The notes under the pieces were generated by a model. It did no database searches. It had not been told where the DNA came from and saw only the letters and a list, made by a program, of their open reading frames with translations. A stretch of 64,000 nucleotides of DNA from Sphyrna mokarran. Lineage: Eukaryota. The DNA is taken from positions 95,046,001 to 95,110,000 of the forward strand of contig JAGIQG010000003.1 of the NCBI GenBank assembly GCA_024679065.1. The letters are read 5' to 3'. A program made the translations under genes and the position numbers. Shown piece after piece: positions 1 to 12,711 of this stretch; the stretch's first letter is position 1; each line of letters begins with the position of its first letter.

Positions 1-779
1 CACATCTATTGAATAATTGACATCAAATTAGAGTTTAATTGGAAGATCTTTTAACCCATTCCTAACAGTACTCAGGCAGGGTTCAAACTTGAAAAGAGAC
101 CAACATTGTGACTGACCAGATAGGAGAAGGGTGTAGAGGAAGGATGACAGACACAAGGGGCAAACAGATAGGAAGGCATTGGACATGGGTTTTACATATT
201 CATGGAGGGGAAAGGGATAGAAAAACTTTAGAAAAGGATAAGGGTATTGGGTAACACACAAAGGAAGATGTTGTGGTGGGGGTGAGGGCAGACATGATAG
301 TAGTCAAACAGAGGGAAGACAAGAGAGTTGGAAGCTGGAACCTGAAAAGGAGAACTGAAATGCAGATAGACAAGGAGGGGAACAGGGGTGGATGTCTGCA
401 TTTCCAGAATAGAAAAAGTTGTGTTTCTAAGTATGGTGCAAGAGGTATAGGTTGCATAGAGATTGATGAAAGGGGGATTGTTAAAGGAGACCATATTGCA
501 CTGTCATGGAGGCACTGGGAAATTTACTGAAAGTCAGATTCCTCAGTCTGAGACCAACAGATAGGAGTGAGAGAGTGGTCAGTCCTGGCATGCACCGTGC
601 CTTGCCGCAGGGCTATGCACAGAACGCACTTTGTCCTCCCACGAAAAGGCAAGCCTGTATGCTCAAATGCCATAAAGCACAGTTTGCTGTGCAGGGTGCG
701 GTCATGGGCTTGTCTGATTCTGCACTGGGCTGCAGATGAGACAGTCATGATTAGGAAAGGCATCTGCAGCCTCTGGATG

Positions 780-1260
780 GGGAGAATGTAATAAGAGAGA
801 AATATTTAGACCTCTGTTGGGGAAGTGGGCTCCTCTGAGGATGACTGTGTGCAAAGCCTCAAGATTGGGAAGGGTGGAATCCACATGGGGCACAGATGCA
901 CCAGTGATGATGGGCTCAGTGGAGCAAGGTTGAAATATTGACTGCAATGACAATGGGATGGAGTATTACTGGGGCAGGTTGAAAAATAGCAAGAGGGAGC
1001 TCTATATCTGTACCTTAAGTTCCAGATAAACTGGAAGAACCTGAACACAGACAGGCAAAGGACCAAAGCTGGCCTCAGAATTTAATGAAGGACCACTATT
1101 TGGAATACATGAAGTAATGGGTCAGTTTGAAATCAAGGGTGTGAGAAAAGCACATATCTTGACTCATGGGCTCTTTTAGGAGACATGTTCAAGCTTAGAG
1201 TCAAAAAAACTAAAATTCAGTCAAAGCTGTGAGGAAATAGGAAAACTTCCTTGAGAAGAG
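780..1260 (-). mobile_element. Highly degenerate LINE (L2-like endonuclease region)
   Basis: Minus-strand YRAP...YFNL resembles the IYRPP...GDFN motifs of LINE AP endonucleases. Very eroded. Confidence 0.3.
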
Positions 1261-1879
1261 TGTCATTGGTGCCAATGCCTGTGTCGTAACAGGGGACTGC
1301 AGGAATCATTGGCTTTTCATGACGGTCATTTCCTTTTAACATTAACACACGTGGAAATGCAGGCACCGTAGCTACATACATGATTGATCTTCGATGAAAG
1401 ATTCTCATGTGCTTTTTTCGACTGACATTCATATTGAGCCAAAGGACATCCAGTCATAATCAGGTACACGTTAACTTTTATCAGTGTGTCAGATCTGAAA
1501 TTGGAGGACTGAGTTAATTCAAATCTTCACCAACCATTGTGGGTTTGAGATCTTAAATCTCAGGGATGGCATCATGGTTACTTTAAACTGTGTGCCTGCA
1601 ATTATGATGCAAGGCTGCATCAGCGACAAGACCTGTAGGACAGATACTGCCCAGGACCATTACGTATTCCCATTTGTGAATATGAGCTTAACTGCTATTC
1701 CTCATTATTTATTCATTACCAATTATTTTATCAGCTCACAGAGCGGAGAAAACTATACTGTCTTCTGAGGGTTCTCAAAGAATAGATGAGAAGAAGAACT
1801 GCTCAGTTTTTGAAGTGCAGTTTTTGAAGGAGGCCCTTGCGAAGGATCAGGTTCCGGGGAAGCCCCAGTAACAATATTA

Positions 1880-2770
1880 TGATCAGGAACCTAGACCCAG
1901 ACCATTGAGGCAACTCACTCAACCTAGATTCTACTGAAAAAATAACTCCCCTATCTGCAGATGAGAGACAGAGTGACACACACTTCTCTGTTTGTCCAGA
2001 GTGGATTACATTCACAACATTGTTCGGGAAGAACAAATGCTCCATGGAGTGGAAGGTCAATCCCTGAAGGTCAGTGCTGCGCTCAATTTGATTGCCTGTG
2101 GATCATACCACTTGTGTGGTATCTGTCAGCCTGTCACACATAAATGTATCAATGAGATGACAGATGACCTCTCTAGCAAGGCTCATCAATATGTGAGGTT
2201 CACACTTGATGAAGATAGCCAAGTTGCTCAAATTCATCAGTTTGTAGCCATCTCGGATTTCTCTCACTTGCAGAAGACAATTGGCTGCACCAGGTAGCTT
2301 TTGGATTCTGTAGCGGAGCCCCCAAAATTTATCAGCCATAACAAGCTTCACTTTATCAATATTCAACTCATCTGCAATCATCAGAAGCACATAAGGTACA
2401 TTTGTTCCAGGTACCCGAGGGATTGCCATGGCTCATACATCTTGAGTCACTCCAGTGCCACACATTTGCCACTGGTTGACTGCATGGGATTAAGGAGTAC
2501 ATGCACAAATAATGGCTCAGAGCACCTGTGCATCATCCTCAGAATGCCTCGATGAAATTCATCGTTCCACACAATTGATAATCAAGCAAACCATTGGCAT
2601 CCTGAAGATGTGATTCCAAGATTTGGACCGCTTGGGTAGAGCTCTGCAGTGAGAGTCCTCCAAATAACCATTTTCCTTTGCATCTTTCATGGCACTGCAA
2701 AGGGGTGAATCCCTTCCCAGAGAGAAAAAATGGAGGAAGATGAGAGCTCCTTGGAGGATGAAGAGCAGGA
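1880..2770 (+). mobile_element. Degenerate PIF/Harbinger (HARBI1-like DDE) transposase remnant
   Basis: Broken frames give LKVSAALNLIACGSY..LCGICQPVTHKCINEMTD, FINIQLICNHQKHIRYICSRYPRDCHGSYIL, G*LHGIKEY..WLRAPV and IKQTIGILKM*FQDLDRLGRALQ. These follow the Harbinger transposase motifs in order, with several stops and frameshifts. Confidence 0.85.
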
Positions 2771-3054
2771 GGGTCAAGAACCTGATGAGGGTGAGCTTCC
2801 ACATGATGATGTCATCAAGGAAGCATGGCATGGAAGATGTACCTGTGCCAGTTTAATTGTTACCAGATTCCAAGAGGAATAAGATGAAGGCATAAGGAGG
2901 TAGCCACATTCCTCGTGTCTCTTAATGCCATGCTATTGCATTGAAAGGGAACCACAGCAAGTCATTGAGATTTGCACTTCAACCCTCATGATTTATCAGG
3001 TGTTAATCTCTGAAAAAGTCAGCAGTGCACCCTGTGTGCTCTCATTCCAGGAAG

Positions 3055-3322
3055 TGCACTTTATTCCCTCAGGAAAAAGATACAAAAGATGTGAGGTCAC
3101 ATATCAACCGACTCAAGTACAGCTCCTTCCTTGCTGCCGTCAGACTTTTGAATGTACCTACCTTACATTGAGTTGATCTTTCTCTACACCATACCTATGT
3201 CTGTAATACAATATTCTGCACCATCTCCTTTCCTTCTCTGTGTATGGTATGCTTTGTCTGTATAGCACACAAGAAACAATACATTTTACTATATACTAAT
3301 ACATGTCACGATAAATCGAATG
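3055..3322 (+). mobile_element. Rex1/Babar-type LINE, 3' end fragment
   Basis: PSGKRYKR.. coding end followed by a 3' UTR (gttgatctttctctacacc...aagaaacaatac...) homologous to 49350-49622. Confidence 0.8.
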
Positions 3323-4011
3323 TGAAAATTGATAACAATGAGAATGCTGCATCAAGAACTTATTTTTTGGCATTTTCACTGAAGGCGCTACAGCTAATCC
3401 TTCAGTGCTGCTGAATAGTCCTTGCATAATGTTGTCTCACAAGCAGCAAGGGTGAGAAATGCATTTAGCACACAATTCCACAAAAGCACACATGGCTGCA
3501 GTTCTGACATCTTAAATCCACATAGAGGTGGAGGCAGCCTGCTGACTGCAACATCCTGTTGTCTATTATGATACAAGTGGATATTCTCTGGAGGCTACAG
3601 GTCAGTTGAGTCTATGTTGCTCAGGGGGCTGATGCATTTTGCTCAGCCTAACAGCTGGAATGGATGGGGTCGTAGGTGGAGGGGATTCAGAGTGGCTTGA
3701 CACGATTGGAATGTCCTGCATAAAGGCTCTCGGTGACTAGCTACCGTCATCTGTCCTGTTGATTTTCTGAGGGCCTCCTCGTTGACTGTTGCAGGAAATA
3801 GAGTTCTTGGAGTGAAGTCAAGGTGCCTTTCACCCTTTCGCCTAACCACTGAGGATTCTTCTAATACCTGTTGCCATGGAATCCTTGACAGAGTGCCATT
3901 CTAGCAAAGTTTGCTTGAACATGTTTCCAAGGCCGTCACCACCCTTCCCATGTTGACCCCAAGATGTTCACTCAGCAGTCACAACATTAGACTGTGGACT
4001 GTGAAATCCAT

Positions 4012-4120
4012 GCAGGCATGGGGAAAACATGCAAACTCAGCACAGGCAGTGACCCAAGCTGGGAATCGAAGCCAAGTCCCTGGCGCTATGAGGCAACAGT
4101 ACTAACCATTGTGCCATTGT
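4012..4120 (-). mobile_element. V-SINE (HE1-type) head fragment
   Basis: Reverse complement carries the tRNA-derived head (box B ttcgattccc) and the start of the V-domain (gggtcactgcctgtgctgagtttgca). Confidence 0.85.
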
Positions 4121-4194
4121 ACAAGCATTTCTCCATTTGACTCCAAGCTAGAATGCTTACCAGAGAGAGAGGTATAGTATAAAGGAGAGTGAGC

Positions 4195-4310
4195 CTGATT
4201 CCCTGATCTTGGCCATGACTGGGATTCTCCAGTCCCATCGTAGTGAATGAAGATTTGGCTGAGCGCCACATTCTCTGCTTTTGCTGGCAACACTACAGAA
4301 TTCCGGCCAG
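4195..4310. mobile_element. Short non-autonomous Harbinger-like element remnant
   Basis: gggattctccagtcccatc ... agaattccggcc end of the GGGCNNGATTCTCC terminal type seen elsewhere in the window. Confidence 0.45.
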
Positions 4311-4377
4311 TGAGTCAATCTTTTTCATTGCTGGACAATCCCAACAGGGAATTGGCGGGAGAGTGGGTGCAGGGGAG

Positions 4378-4664
4378 GGGCAGCATCGTGGCACAGTTGG
4401 TAGCACTGCTGCTTCACGGTACCAAGGACCTGGGCTCAAATCACAGCTTGGATCACTGTCTGTGTAGAGTTTGCATGTTCTTTCTGTTTTGCCTGAGTTT
4501 CCTCCAGATGCTCTGGTTTCCTCCCACAGTCTGAAAGACATGTTGGTTTGGTGCATTGACCCAAACAGGCACAAGAACGTGACAACTAGGGGATTTTTTC
4601 AGTAACTTCATTGCAGTGTTAATGTGAGCCTTACTTGCGGTGAATAAATAAACTTTTACTTTTT
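4378..4664 (+). mobile_element. V-SINE, full length, tail type B
   Basis: gggcagcatcgtggcacagttggtagcactgctg head; V-domain ggtttcctcccacagtc; tail gtaacttcattgcagtgttaatgtgagcc...aataaataaacttt. Confidence 0.9.
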
Positions 4665-5049
4665 CCTTTACCCAGTCAACAGTTTTGGAAGAGATGGAAG
4701 GAATCCAGTGGGGCCATAATTATGCTGGGGCACAGTTGTCAATATATTAGATTATGTATATATCAATGCAATGATTGCATGGATGGAATTATAACCTCCC
4801 CTTGTAGTGTTCAAGTGTTTTCCAATGTGGAAGGAGAGAAAATTAGATGATTGTTCTTGCATTTCCTTGTAGCAACTACAGGGATTTGAAGAACCCCCAT
4901 CCTGGAAAAAAACAAATAAAAAAAAATGGCAAATATAAAACGTTTCAGTCATTCGAAGTCTAAACATAAGTGTAATGGACAAGTTCCAATACCAAAGCTG
5001 AAAAGAATTAGTTTGAACATCAAAGAAAACTGCAATTTCAGTTTAGTGA

Positions 5050-5272
5050 ATATTCATCAATAGAGCGTTTTATATGTGAGTTGTTCAGTTCTGAAATGCA
5101 GTACGAAGCTCAATGGAAACAAAATCAGTAGGAACGTGCAAATGGAATTCGATAAATACTTAGAGAGGAAAAAGCTGCAAGGTTATAGGGAGCTAGCAGA
5201 ACAGTCTAATCTTTCAAAGAGCCAGCACAGAGAGAATGGACCAAAGGGCTGCCTTCTGTGAAGCTATGATTA
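5050..5272 (+). mobile_element. Degenerate CR1 LINE 3' end
   Basis: EFDKYLERKKLQGYRE C-terminus and a gagccagcacag..aatggaccaaagggctgccttctgtg tail. Confidence 0.65.
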
Positions 5273-6025
5273 AGATTTTTAATTTCTGTGGAGATAAAAT
5301 TGCAGGGTCAATGGAACAGAAAAAACAGCTGCTTTGAAAGTCTTGCCAGGTGGTTTGTTCATTTTAAGTCTATAAATTTCCACAGTGTTGGATGAAGAAA
5401 ATGAAAATCTATGAGCGTGTGAAGCTTTCATTTAAATATCTGGTCGTTTTAAAACAAACTTAATTCAAATTTAATCTCAAAGTATTTGCATTGGTAATGT
5501 AGTCATTAATCAATTCATTAATTATTCTATGAATGTGTTTTTTTGAAAATAGATTTTCAAAGTCGTGTGACCCCACATTTTTTTTTACATTCTTTTCTTC
5601 CAGCAGTGCTCATTAAAATAATAAGCTCCCAAACTAGTTAAGATATTCACTGTAATCTCAAAGAATATATATTTATGGCTCATCTACTCTGTATACTTGT
5701 GCATATCACACTTATTGCTACCAGGTACATGGAGAGAAGAGCTAATTGAGTAGTGGAGGTGCATGCTTTTCTCTTGGCATTTTAGGAGAAGCAAATACTG
5801 TCAGAAATCGGTAACTGGACAATCCATCAGTATTCCCCTTAAGGGAAATGGTACATTAATGTAAGTATGTCTTCCTGGCTCACTTCCTACGTAGTAAAAA
5901 GCCAGTCTTTTTTTTAACTGGCACTATCTACCTGTTCTTAAGAATATCTGACACAGGGGCTCAGATAATATTTACATGGCAGGAAGAGAGCTGGTGTAGG
6001 TGGAGGCTGGTGAGGGGACTGGTGT

Positions 6026-6080
6026 TGTGGTGGGGGTGGGGGGCGGGGGGGGGGGGGGGGGGGGGGGGGGGAGGGGGGGG
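6026..6080 (+). repeat. G-rich low-complexity tract with a 27-nt G run (6045-6071)
   Basis: Seen directly. It lies inside a degenerate Harbinger-like element (~5945-6240). Confidence 0.9.
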
Positions 6081-6584
6081 TGGAGGATAGCTCAGCAGCT
6101 GAAAATGTGAAATTCATCCTGATTTAAACTTCTGTCATCAGCTTTCCGGCCACAGCCAGCTAGATTTAGAGCCTCATTGGCTATCGGGCTACTGGACAGC
6201 CCGAGTGGTATAGAGATTAGTCTATGGAGGTTAGTCAGACACAGTGGGTGAAGGAGATTGGGATGAGGAATATGAGATTAGAGGTGGATGCTGAGTTGGA
6301 TGTCCTCATTTGGTTCGATTGACGTGAAAATGATTGAAGCAGCATAAATGATTGAGGAATTTCAAGCACAAATTAAGATACCATGATTTTTTGCACTAAT
6401 TGGAAAAAAAAGTGTTAGAAGTTGGCCCTACCAACAAAACCAGCTATGCCACCAAGCTCAAATTAATGGCCAGTTTTTAGCAATTGTGTCCATTTGTTGC
6501 CGTTCAAGGGAGGGCATTCAAATTGATCTGTTTTTGTGAACAACGGTACTGAGAAGCATTTTAAAAAGTTATAAATGTGTGAAT

Positions 6585-6895
6585 TGAGAGCAGGAGTAGG
6601 CCACACGCCCTCTTGAGCCTGCTCCGCCAATCAGTAAGATCATGGCTAATCTGATCATGACTTTAACCCATACTCCTACCAACTCCAATAACTCTTCACC
6701 CCCTGCTCATCAGGAATCTGTCCAACTCTGCCTAGGAAATATACAAGAACTTTGCTTCACTGCCTTTTGAAGAAAGTTCAAAACACTCAAAATGTCCTGA
6801 GAAAATATTCTCCTCATCTTAGTCTGCAATGAGCAACCCCTTATTTTTAAACAGTGACCCCTGGTTCTAGATTCTCCAACAAGAGGAAACATCGC
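6585..6895 (-). mobile_element. CR1 LINE 3' end
   Basis: Minus ORF MFPLVGESRTRGHCLKIRG...MRRIFS is the CR1 ORF2 C-terminus, followed by a tail with gcaggctcaagagggc..tggcctactcctgctc. Confidence 0.9.
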
Positions 6896-6899
6896 ATTC

Positions 6900-7352
6900 C
6901 CATCTTCCCATCACTTGCAGTGTCTGTGCCTTCCACACCACATATCGATGAACTCTGCACTTGAGGCTCCTCCTAGGGCCTATCCCTGGCCTTGCTCCCT
7001 GGCATAGATTGGCACTGCCATGGGGCTTTTCTGGGGCTTTGTCTGACCATGTCCCTTGCCCTATTTTGTCCCCAGGTTCACACCTGGGCGAAACTGTTGT
7101 AAACCTCACTGCCGTGACATTTTGATAGCGAGGTACAAAAATCTATTGAGGAGTGGAAGATCTGGTGGAGGATGGGTTGTCGTTAATTATATTTAAATTT
7201 ATTGAAATGAATGGAAATCAGGTTCTTAGCCATAATAGGCATGAATGTAATTAAATCATCGCCGAGGAGTGGTGAAAATTGGAGATTTCAATGTCACCTG
7301 AGATCTCTTCAGCGATCTTGAAACAGAGAATGTGGGCTCAAGATCCTGCCCA
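6900..7352. mobile_element. Non-autonomous Harbinger-like element, partial
   Basis: GC-rich body ending in aagatcctgccca, a terminal-repeat-like end shared by this family. Confidence 0.45.
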
Positions 7353-7759
7353 TTGTTTCAATATCGAGCATTTTAATGACTTTCTTTGGCAGCTTTGAGT
7401 TTTGATGAATCTTTGGATTATAGGAAACATCTCTCTCTCTCACTCCCCTGAGGGTGCCTTGCTTGCTTTTTCACATTCACCTTGGATTTTTGAGTAGTTT
7501 GTTCTGTCTCATTTCAAATTGCAAAGTTTCCAGTCAGTTGAAAGTTGAAATGTCTAATTTTCAAAACTAAAGTGGTGTAACCTCATGACAGGTTATGCAC
7601 ATGACTGATTTCTGATTGGGAGAGGCAGCGGAGGTGGGGACGTGCATTTGGTCTTCACAAATGCAATGTGGAGGAAAACATATTATGAGTGGTGAATATT
7701 GTATACTAAATTAAAATAAGTATAAATACACTGCTGATTTAACTAGAAAGAATATTTGG

Positions 7760-8165
7760 GGTTCTGGAAGGTGGGAAAAAGATAGGTATTCCTTGTACCA
7801 GAATGTATCAGACAAAGAAGAGCCAAATTTCACGGTTAACTGAAGAATGTTCCAAGTCATGAAGAGAAAGGCTCCTTTGAAGTGCTGAAAGGGGACGCAA
7901 GTTGCATATTATGCTATGATGGTAAAAATGGTGGAGATTACGTATTGAATGTAGAGGCTAATGTGATGGGAGGTGAGAACAAAAGGGTTTGGGAACAGGT
8001 GACTGGGCAAGAACAGAAGTGCAGGAGGTGAAATAGCACCATTGAGGTGCTCTATCTGCCATGGACAAAGGGCATCTTGTTGAAGAAAAAGGAAAAAAAT
8101 GAATAGTACTGATATGGAAGGCAGCATCATCAGAACACGTACAACAGAAACAGGGGAATTGTAAC
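7760..8165 (-). mobile_element. Degenerate Penelope-like retroelement fragment
   Basis: Purine-rich segment resembling the reverse strand of shark Penelope ORF 3' regions (tatggaaggcagcatcatcagaaca..). Recalled similarity only. Confidence 0.45.
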
Positions 8166-8289
8166 AGACACTGGATACGACATCGTTAGTTTTAAAATGA
8201 ATATGTTCACAATAAAACTAAAGTCCTACTTTTATTTTTGAAAGCCACTACAGACTACTTGAGCATTTCTAATGACCAAAAGATAAATA

Positions 8290-8590
8290 ACAAGTATTTG
8301 TATCGGGCATTTTATATTCTTAGTATCTCCCAAAGGACTTCACAGCCAACGAATAATGTTTAAAGTATAATAACTGATGTGAGCAAGAGGAATAAACATT
8401 GGAGAACTTACCATCTCTTTTTTAAAAGGTCCATGGGACCTTTTATGTTCAGCTGATTAGACAGATGGCACTTCTGACTCTGTCGTACTCATTCAGCCCT
8501 GCACGAAAGTATCATCAGAGATTATGTGCTCAAGTACGAAATGAATCTCTAACTCAGAGTCAAAAATATTACCAGAGTCAAGCTGACACA
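8290..8590 (-). mobile_element. Ancient Deu-domain SINE (SacSINE1/AmnSINE-like)
   Basis: Contains cccaaaggacttcacagccaa, ccatgggaccttttatgttca, agatggcacttctgac and attatgtgctcaagt, the reverse complement of recalled DeuSINE blocks. Confidence 0.7.
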
Positions 8591-10477
8591 TAAAATAGTT
8601 AATGAATGCACCTCGGTTTCATTCCTGATCTGTAGCTCTTAAGAAACTCTACTTCATGGTCTCAACATGCACGAAGTTCCCAATTATAAATGAATTATGC
8701 TGCATTTGCCTGCATGAAAGCCTAACCGTATACTGGCCCATTCTCCAAACCTGTCTAAGTCCACTTGCAGATGATTGATTCACCCTCAATACTTACTGTT
8801 GGGTGTATATTCAGGCAACTGGCACCTGTTGTAAAATTCAATTCATGAGCAAGTCCCATTACTCCTGTTAATGTTAAACTTCTGGCTGCGATTGCAACCA
8901 GTTTTAGATTGAGGTTCCATAATCCTAAAGCCGAATTTTATCTCACTGTCTTCTGCAAATTTTTAAAAATCAAACGTTCTAACACTGAAAACAATGTTAC
9001 AATATACTACATTGATAACATCCTCAAAAAAACACAACCAATTTAGCAAAGAGGACCTCTGCTTCCTGAAGACATACTGGGAGCTGTTAAACTCTACAAA
9101 TGGTCATTAATCACATCCCGTATAATTGTCCTACAATTAACATTAACTGGCTATCACCAGAACTATAACTTGCCTGAGCTTTTTATCACAGTTGGTTAAA
9201 AGCATCTGAGAATTCTCCTGCCATGTTCCGAAGGTCCAACATATACTTAATTTACAGAAACATATGAGAATGAAATGCCAATGAATCGAACTGATTCATT
9301 GAGTCTGTCCGATACTGTCACAGTGTGACTTTTAAAGACTACTCAATCCCCACCTCCTCCACAAACTAGCAAAGCACTCTTCAGAGAGAGGTAAAGAATA
9401 AGCTTTGAAAGAATTCTGAGGTCAATTTTGCAAAAACATTCTAGAAAATTCCTTTCCGATCCTTGATGCAGATCAAAAAGTCCCAGGAAACTACATTAAC
9501 CAGATGTCACAACTCCCAATACATGTTATTATGTTGACCATATGCAGGAATTCATCCTATTTCCTTTTGAATCATTTTAGCAAATCACTGCAAAGCCAAC
9601 TACTTGTTTCTGAGGTCAATGACTTCACAAAATGAAGTACCTCCTGAATTACAATTAGTTCATATGCTTTTGTAACTTAGATTTGAGTCCTCTGTTTTTA
9701 ATTCTTAAACTACGTAACTCAAATAGCTTATTCACAGGGAGAGAGCGTAATATCCTCCCATTAAGCTAAAGAGCTCAATTAAATCTTTGAAGGTTTCAAA
9801 TTAAATGACACCTCTGTCCACCTACAGTAGCAATTAAAGGCACCTAAACTAATCATGAATCGAATGACTTTCCTATGAATTTTTTTGGTGTCTCTGTCGC
9901 TCACCAAAACTAAATATGGGAATCCAGATGAAGCTTCTTCAGGGCTTCTTGCAAAGTCACAGTGAATGTTTATTTTATGTTTGCTTTTGCATGGATCACT
10001 TGACACTGTTTGTGGAACCTCTTATTACTTGTGGCAATATGATACACAATTATTTCTCTTACTTTGCAGCACTGAGATGCAGCACAATACATGTGCTTGC
10101 AGTTGGCCCCAGTGTAACATATAATGTTACATTTATCGATATTAAAAATCAACCTGCTCGGTGCAGGCCCACTTCTCTGTTGCTTCTGAATCTCACTGCA
10201 ATATTACACTGAAAAAGATATTTGTAACATCTGCAAACTTGTGAATAGCGTTCACCTGATGGCTTCCTCTGGATCACTGGTGAAGGTGGTGAGAGTAACA
10301 GCCGTAATCTTTCCATGGCAGAACACTGTTGCAATTTAACAACATAGAGTAATTTTCCATTTGTCTCTTGCCAATTTCATCTCACAAAGTCTTGATGTAA
10401 TTGATTCCTTTCTAGAAAATAACTCCAAGAGTGCCAGCCACCCAAATGGTTTTCATTTATTTGTAAACCTTGATGAT

Positions 10478-10746
10478 GAGTATTGGCAAGCTAGCTGTTG
10501 GGAGTTGCATCAGAGCCAGGCTCAATTCTTCTTCATGCTTCCAGTAGGAGTTCTTGGAAAATGACCAGGGCAAGGAACACTGTCTGATTTTGCTTCTCTT
10601 TAAGTGAGGGCGCTGAGGCTAATTTTAGTTTTCCTACTGCAATCTGGGCCAAAACTAGCTAATTCAGCAGATGCTGGGGATCAAATCTGGAACCTATCTG
10701 ACGCATGAGGTTCAGATACTCATTGAGCAAACTCCCTGAACAATCA
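10478..10746 (-). mobile_element. Ancient tRNA-derived SINE
   Basis: Reverse strand ggttccagatttgatccccagcatctgctgaattagc...attagcctcagcgccctc...aaaatcagacag matches a recalled old elasmobranch SINE. Confidence 0.55.
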
Positions 10747-12569
10747 ACATAGCTTGGATAGCTTTACCAAACATTACTGTAAATATACATTTTGACAGAG
10801 TGATGATATTGGGTTGTGTACTCGATTATTGCTGAACAGCTCTTCTCCCTTTATGTAAAAAAACACTCTGTCAAGAAAATCAGCCACGGAATTTTGACGA
10901 TATGAAATAGAAAGTACAAATCTCATTGAAGGATGTTACTTCATTCTTTGTACAGACATCTTCACAAACATTCTTTTCTTTAAGCACTGACAAATTCTCT
11001 CACTGGATTTCTGAATTATACTAACCTCTCCAGGATAGCTACATTAGAGAAGTGTTGTTTAGCAGGAAAACATCTGCAAAAGGAAGATTGTGCAATGTTT
11101 TGGTTCTTCTCTTACTGACTGTCAAATTGTGCATGGAATCAATGTAATCCAACAAGTGAAGAAACTACGTGTAATAATTTCCTTATTATTTTTCCATTTT
11201 TCAAAATACTTCTGCAATATGTAAAATGGAGGCAAAAGCAAACTGTTACTGTACCAAAGTATGCAGGCTATTGGATATGTAAACTCCTCTGTGTTGCTGC
11301 TTTGTTAAATTGAATATTCAAAAGATTTGTCTTTCAATTAATGCATTAATTTGTTTATTAATTCATTTAATGGATTTAGTCACTGAAGCATTTCATGTTG
11401 AACAATCAACATGATAGCTGCTGCAGAGAACAGACATTTTTTTAAATGTTCAGTGTTTTCAAGGCATATTAATCAACTTCTTCCTCAGCTACATTTTCAC
11501 ACAATCAACTTTACATACTCCATATGGCAGTTAATTTTTTTACACATCAAGTGCTAAAAAGGAAGCCTGCCTTTATAATGTGATATCGCTATAAGTAGCA
11601 CTAATCGTTCCAATTTGAGACAATGATTTCAACTCAAATGAAGCTTGCAAAATCCCCTGTGCAACACAGCTCTAAAGCTTTGTAATTATGCATAGGAGTT
11701 AAAAACTGTACCTCCCCTCTCACAAGACTAGGCAGCTTTAGTAGTTTATGTTAATTAGATAGTGGGGAATGTTTTGTGTGGTCCAGCAGAATGTGGGCCA
11801 TTGGATGCAATTACAAGATCAGCCCTCAAATAAACTGGTGTATTTCTTGAAGTTAACACATTGGTCCAAATCTTTTGATCTACGTCAAAACATTTGCATT
11901 TAATACTAATCAGGTTGAAAAGTGCCCATCTACCTGGCAATGTTTAAAAAGCAGAGACTTCTGAGCCAGGCTGCAGAAGCACTCCCTCAGCGCAGAGGTT
12001 CTTTCCAAGAGCAATGAAGACAATCGAAACAGGCGATCTGCCTCCTTTTTACAGCAAGAGCTGATGTAAGGGAAGTTTAAATGTCCAATGTGAATATTAA
12101 TGAATGAGTGCTAGTCAGATGGGTGAATGAGCAGGATGATAGACTGGATTTCTACGATAGATTAGTGAGGTAAGCCAGTGGCAGGTCAGCAGGGTGATAG
12201 GTTGGTAGGTGGGTCAGGGTAGTGTCAGGACTAGCCAAGTCGTGTTGAAGATAATCAGGTTTGGTCAAAAGATGTCTCGAGGTGAGTAGTCCGGGTGAAG
12301 GATGACGTGGTAGGGGTCAGCGTGAATGCAAGAGGGAGGGCAGTTGTTCAGTTACTCAGGAGTTCATCTAGAATTTTTCTGAGTAGTATTTCTTATATAA
12401 TTACCCTGATAAACTATATTGCAACTATCTGAAGTTTCTGATTCCAGCTCAGAATTGAAAACAGCTTCAGAGGGCCGTAAGGAGCCTATCAGAAATTCAC
12501 ACATCCTGGGCAATTCCCAGAGAGTCAGTGTTAGGACTTCTACAGGATCCTCACTTGCATCTTGGATCA

Positions 12570-12711
12570 TGCTGGTTAGGTGCATTGGATTGTGGGAGGA
12601 AACCAGAGCACTCAGAGGATCCGCACAGACAATAACCCAAGCAGAGAATTGAACAACAGTCCCTGGAACTGTGAAGAAGCAGTACTAACTACTGTGCCAC
12701 CGTGCTGCCCC
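12570..12711 (-). mobile_element. V-SINE head with internal deletion and a short inverted 3' piece
   Basis: Minus-strand gggcagcacggtggcacagtagttagtactgc...ggtttcctcccaca. The next SINE block (gctggttaggtgcattgg) is on the + strand at 12571-12588. Confidence 0.85.

Noticed and set aside
1992-2555. Domesticated HARBI1 gene
   Set aside because: Multiple stops and frameshifts and altered catalytic motifs mark it as a dead transposon copy.
4378-4450. tRNA genes at SINE heads
   Set aside because: The box A/B-like sequences run straight into the V-domain, so they are SINE heads and not cloverleaf tRNAs.
9916-10334. Overlapping ORFs and an acceptor-like site as an exon
   Set aside because: No recognisable protein similarity and no convincing donor in an open frame.
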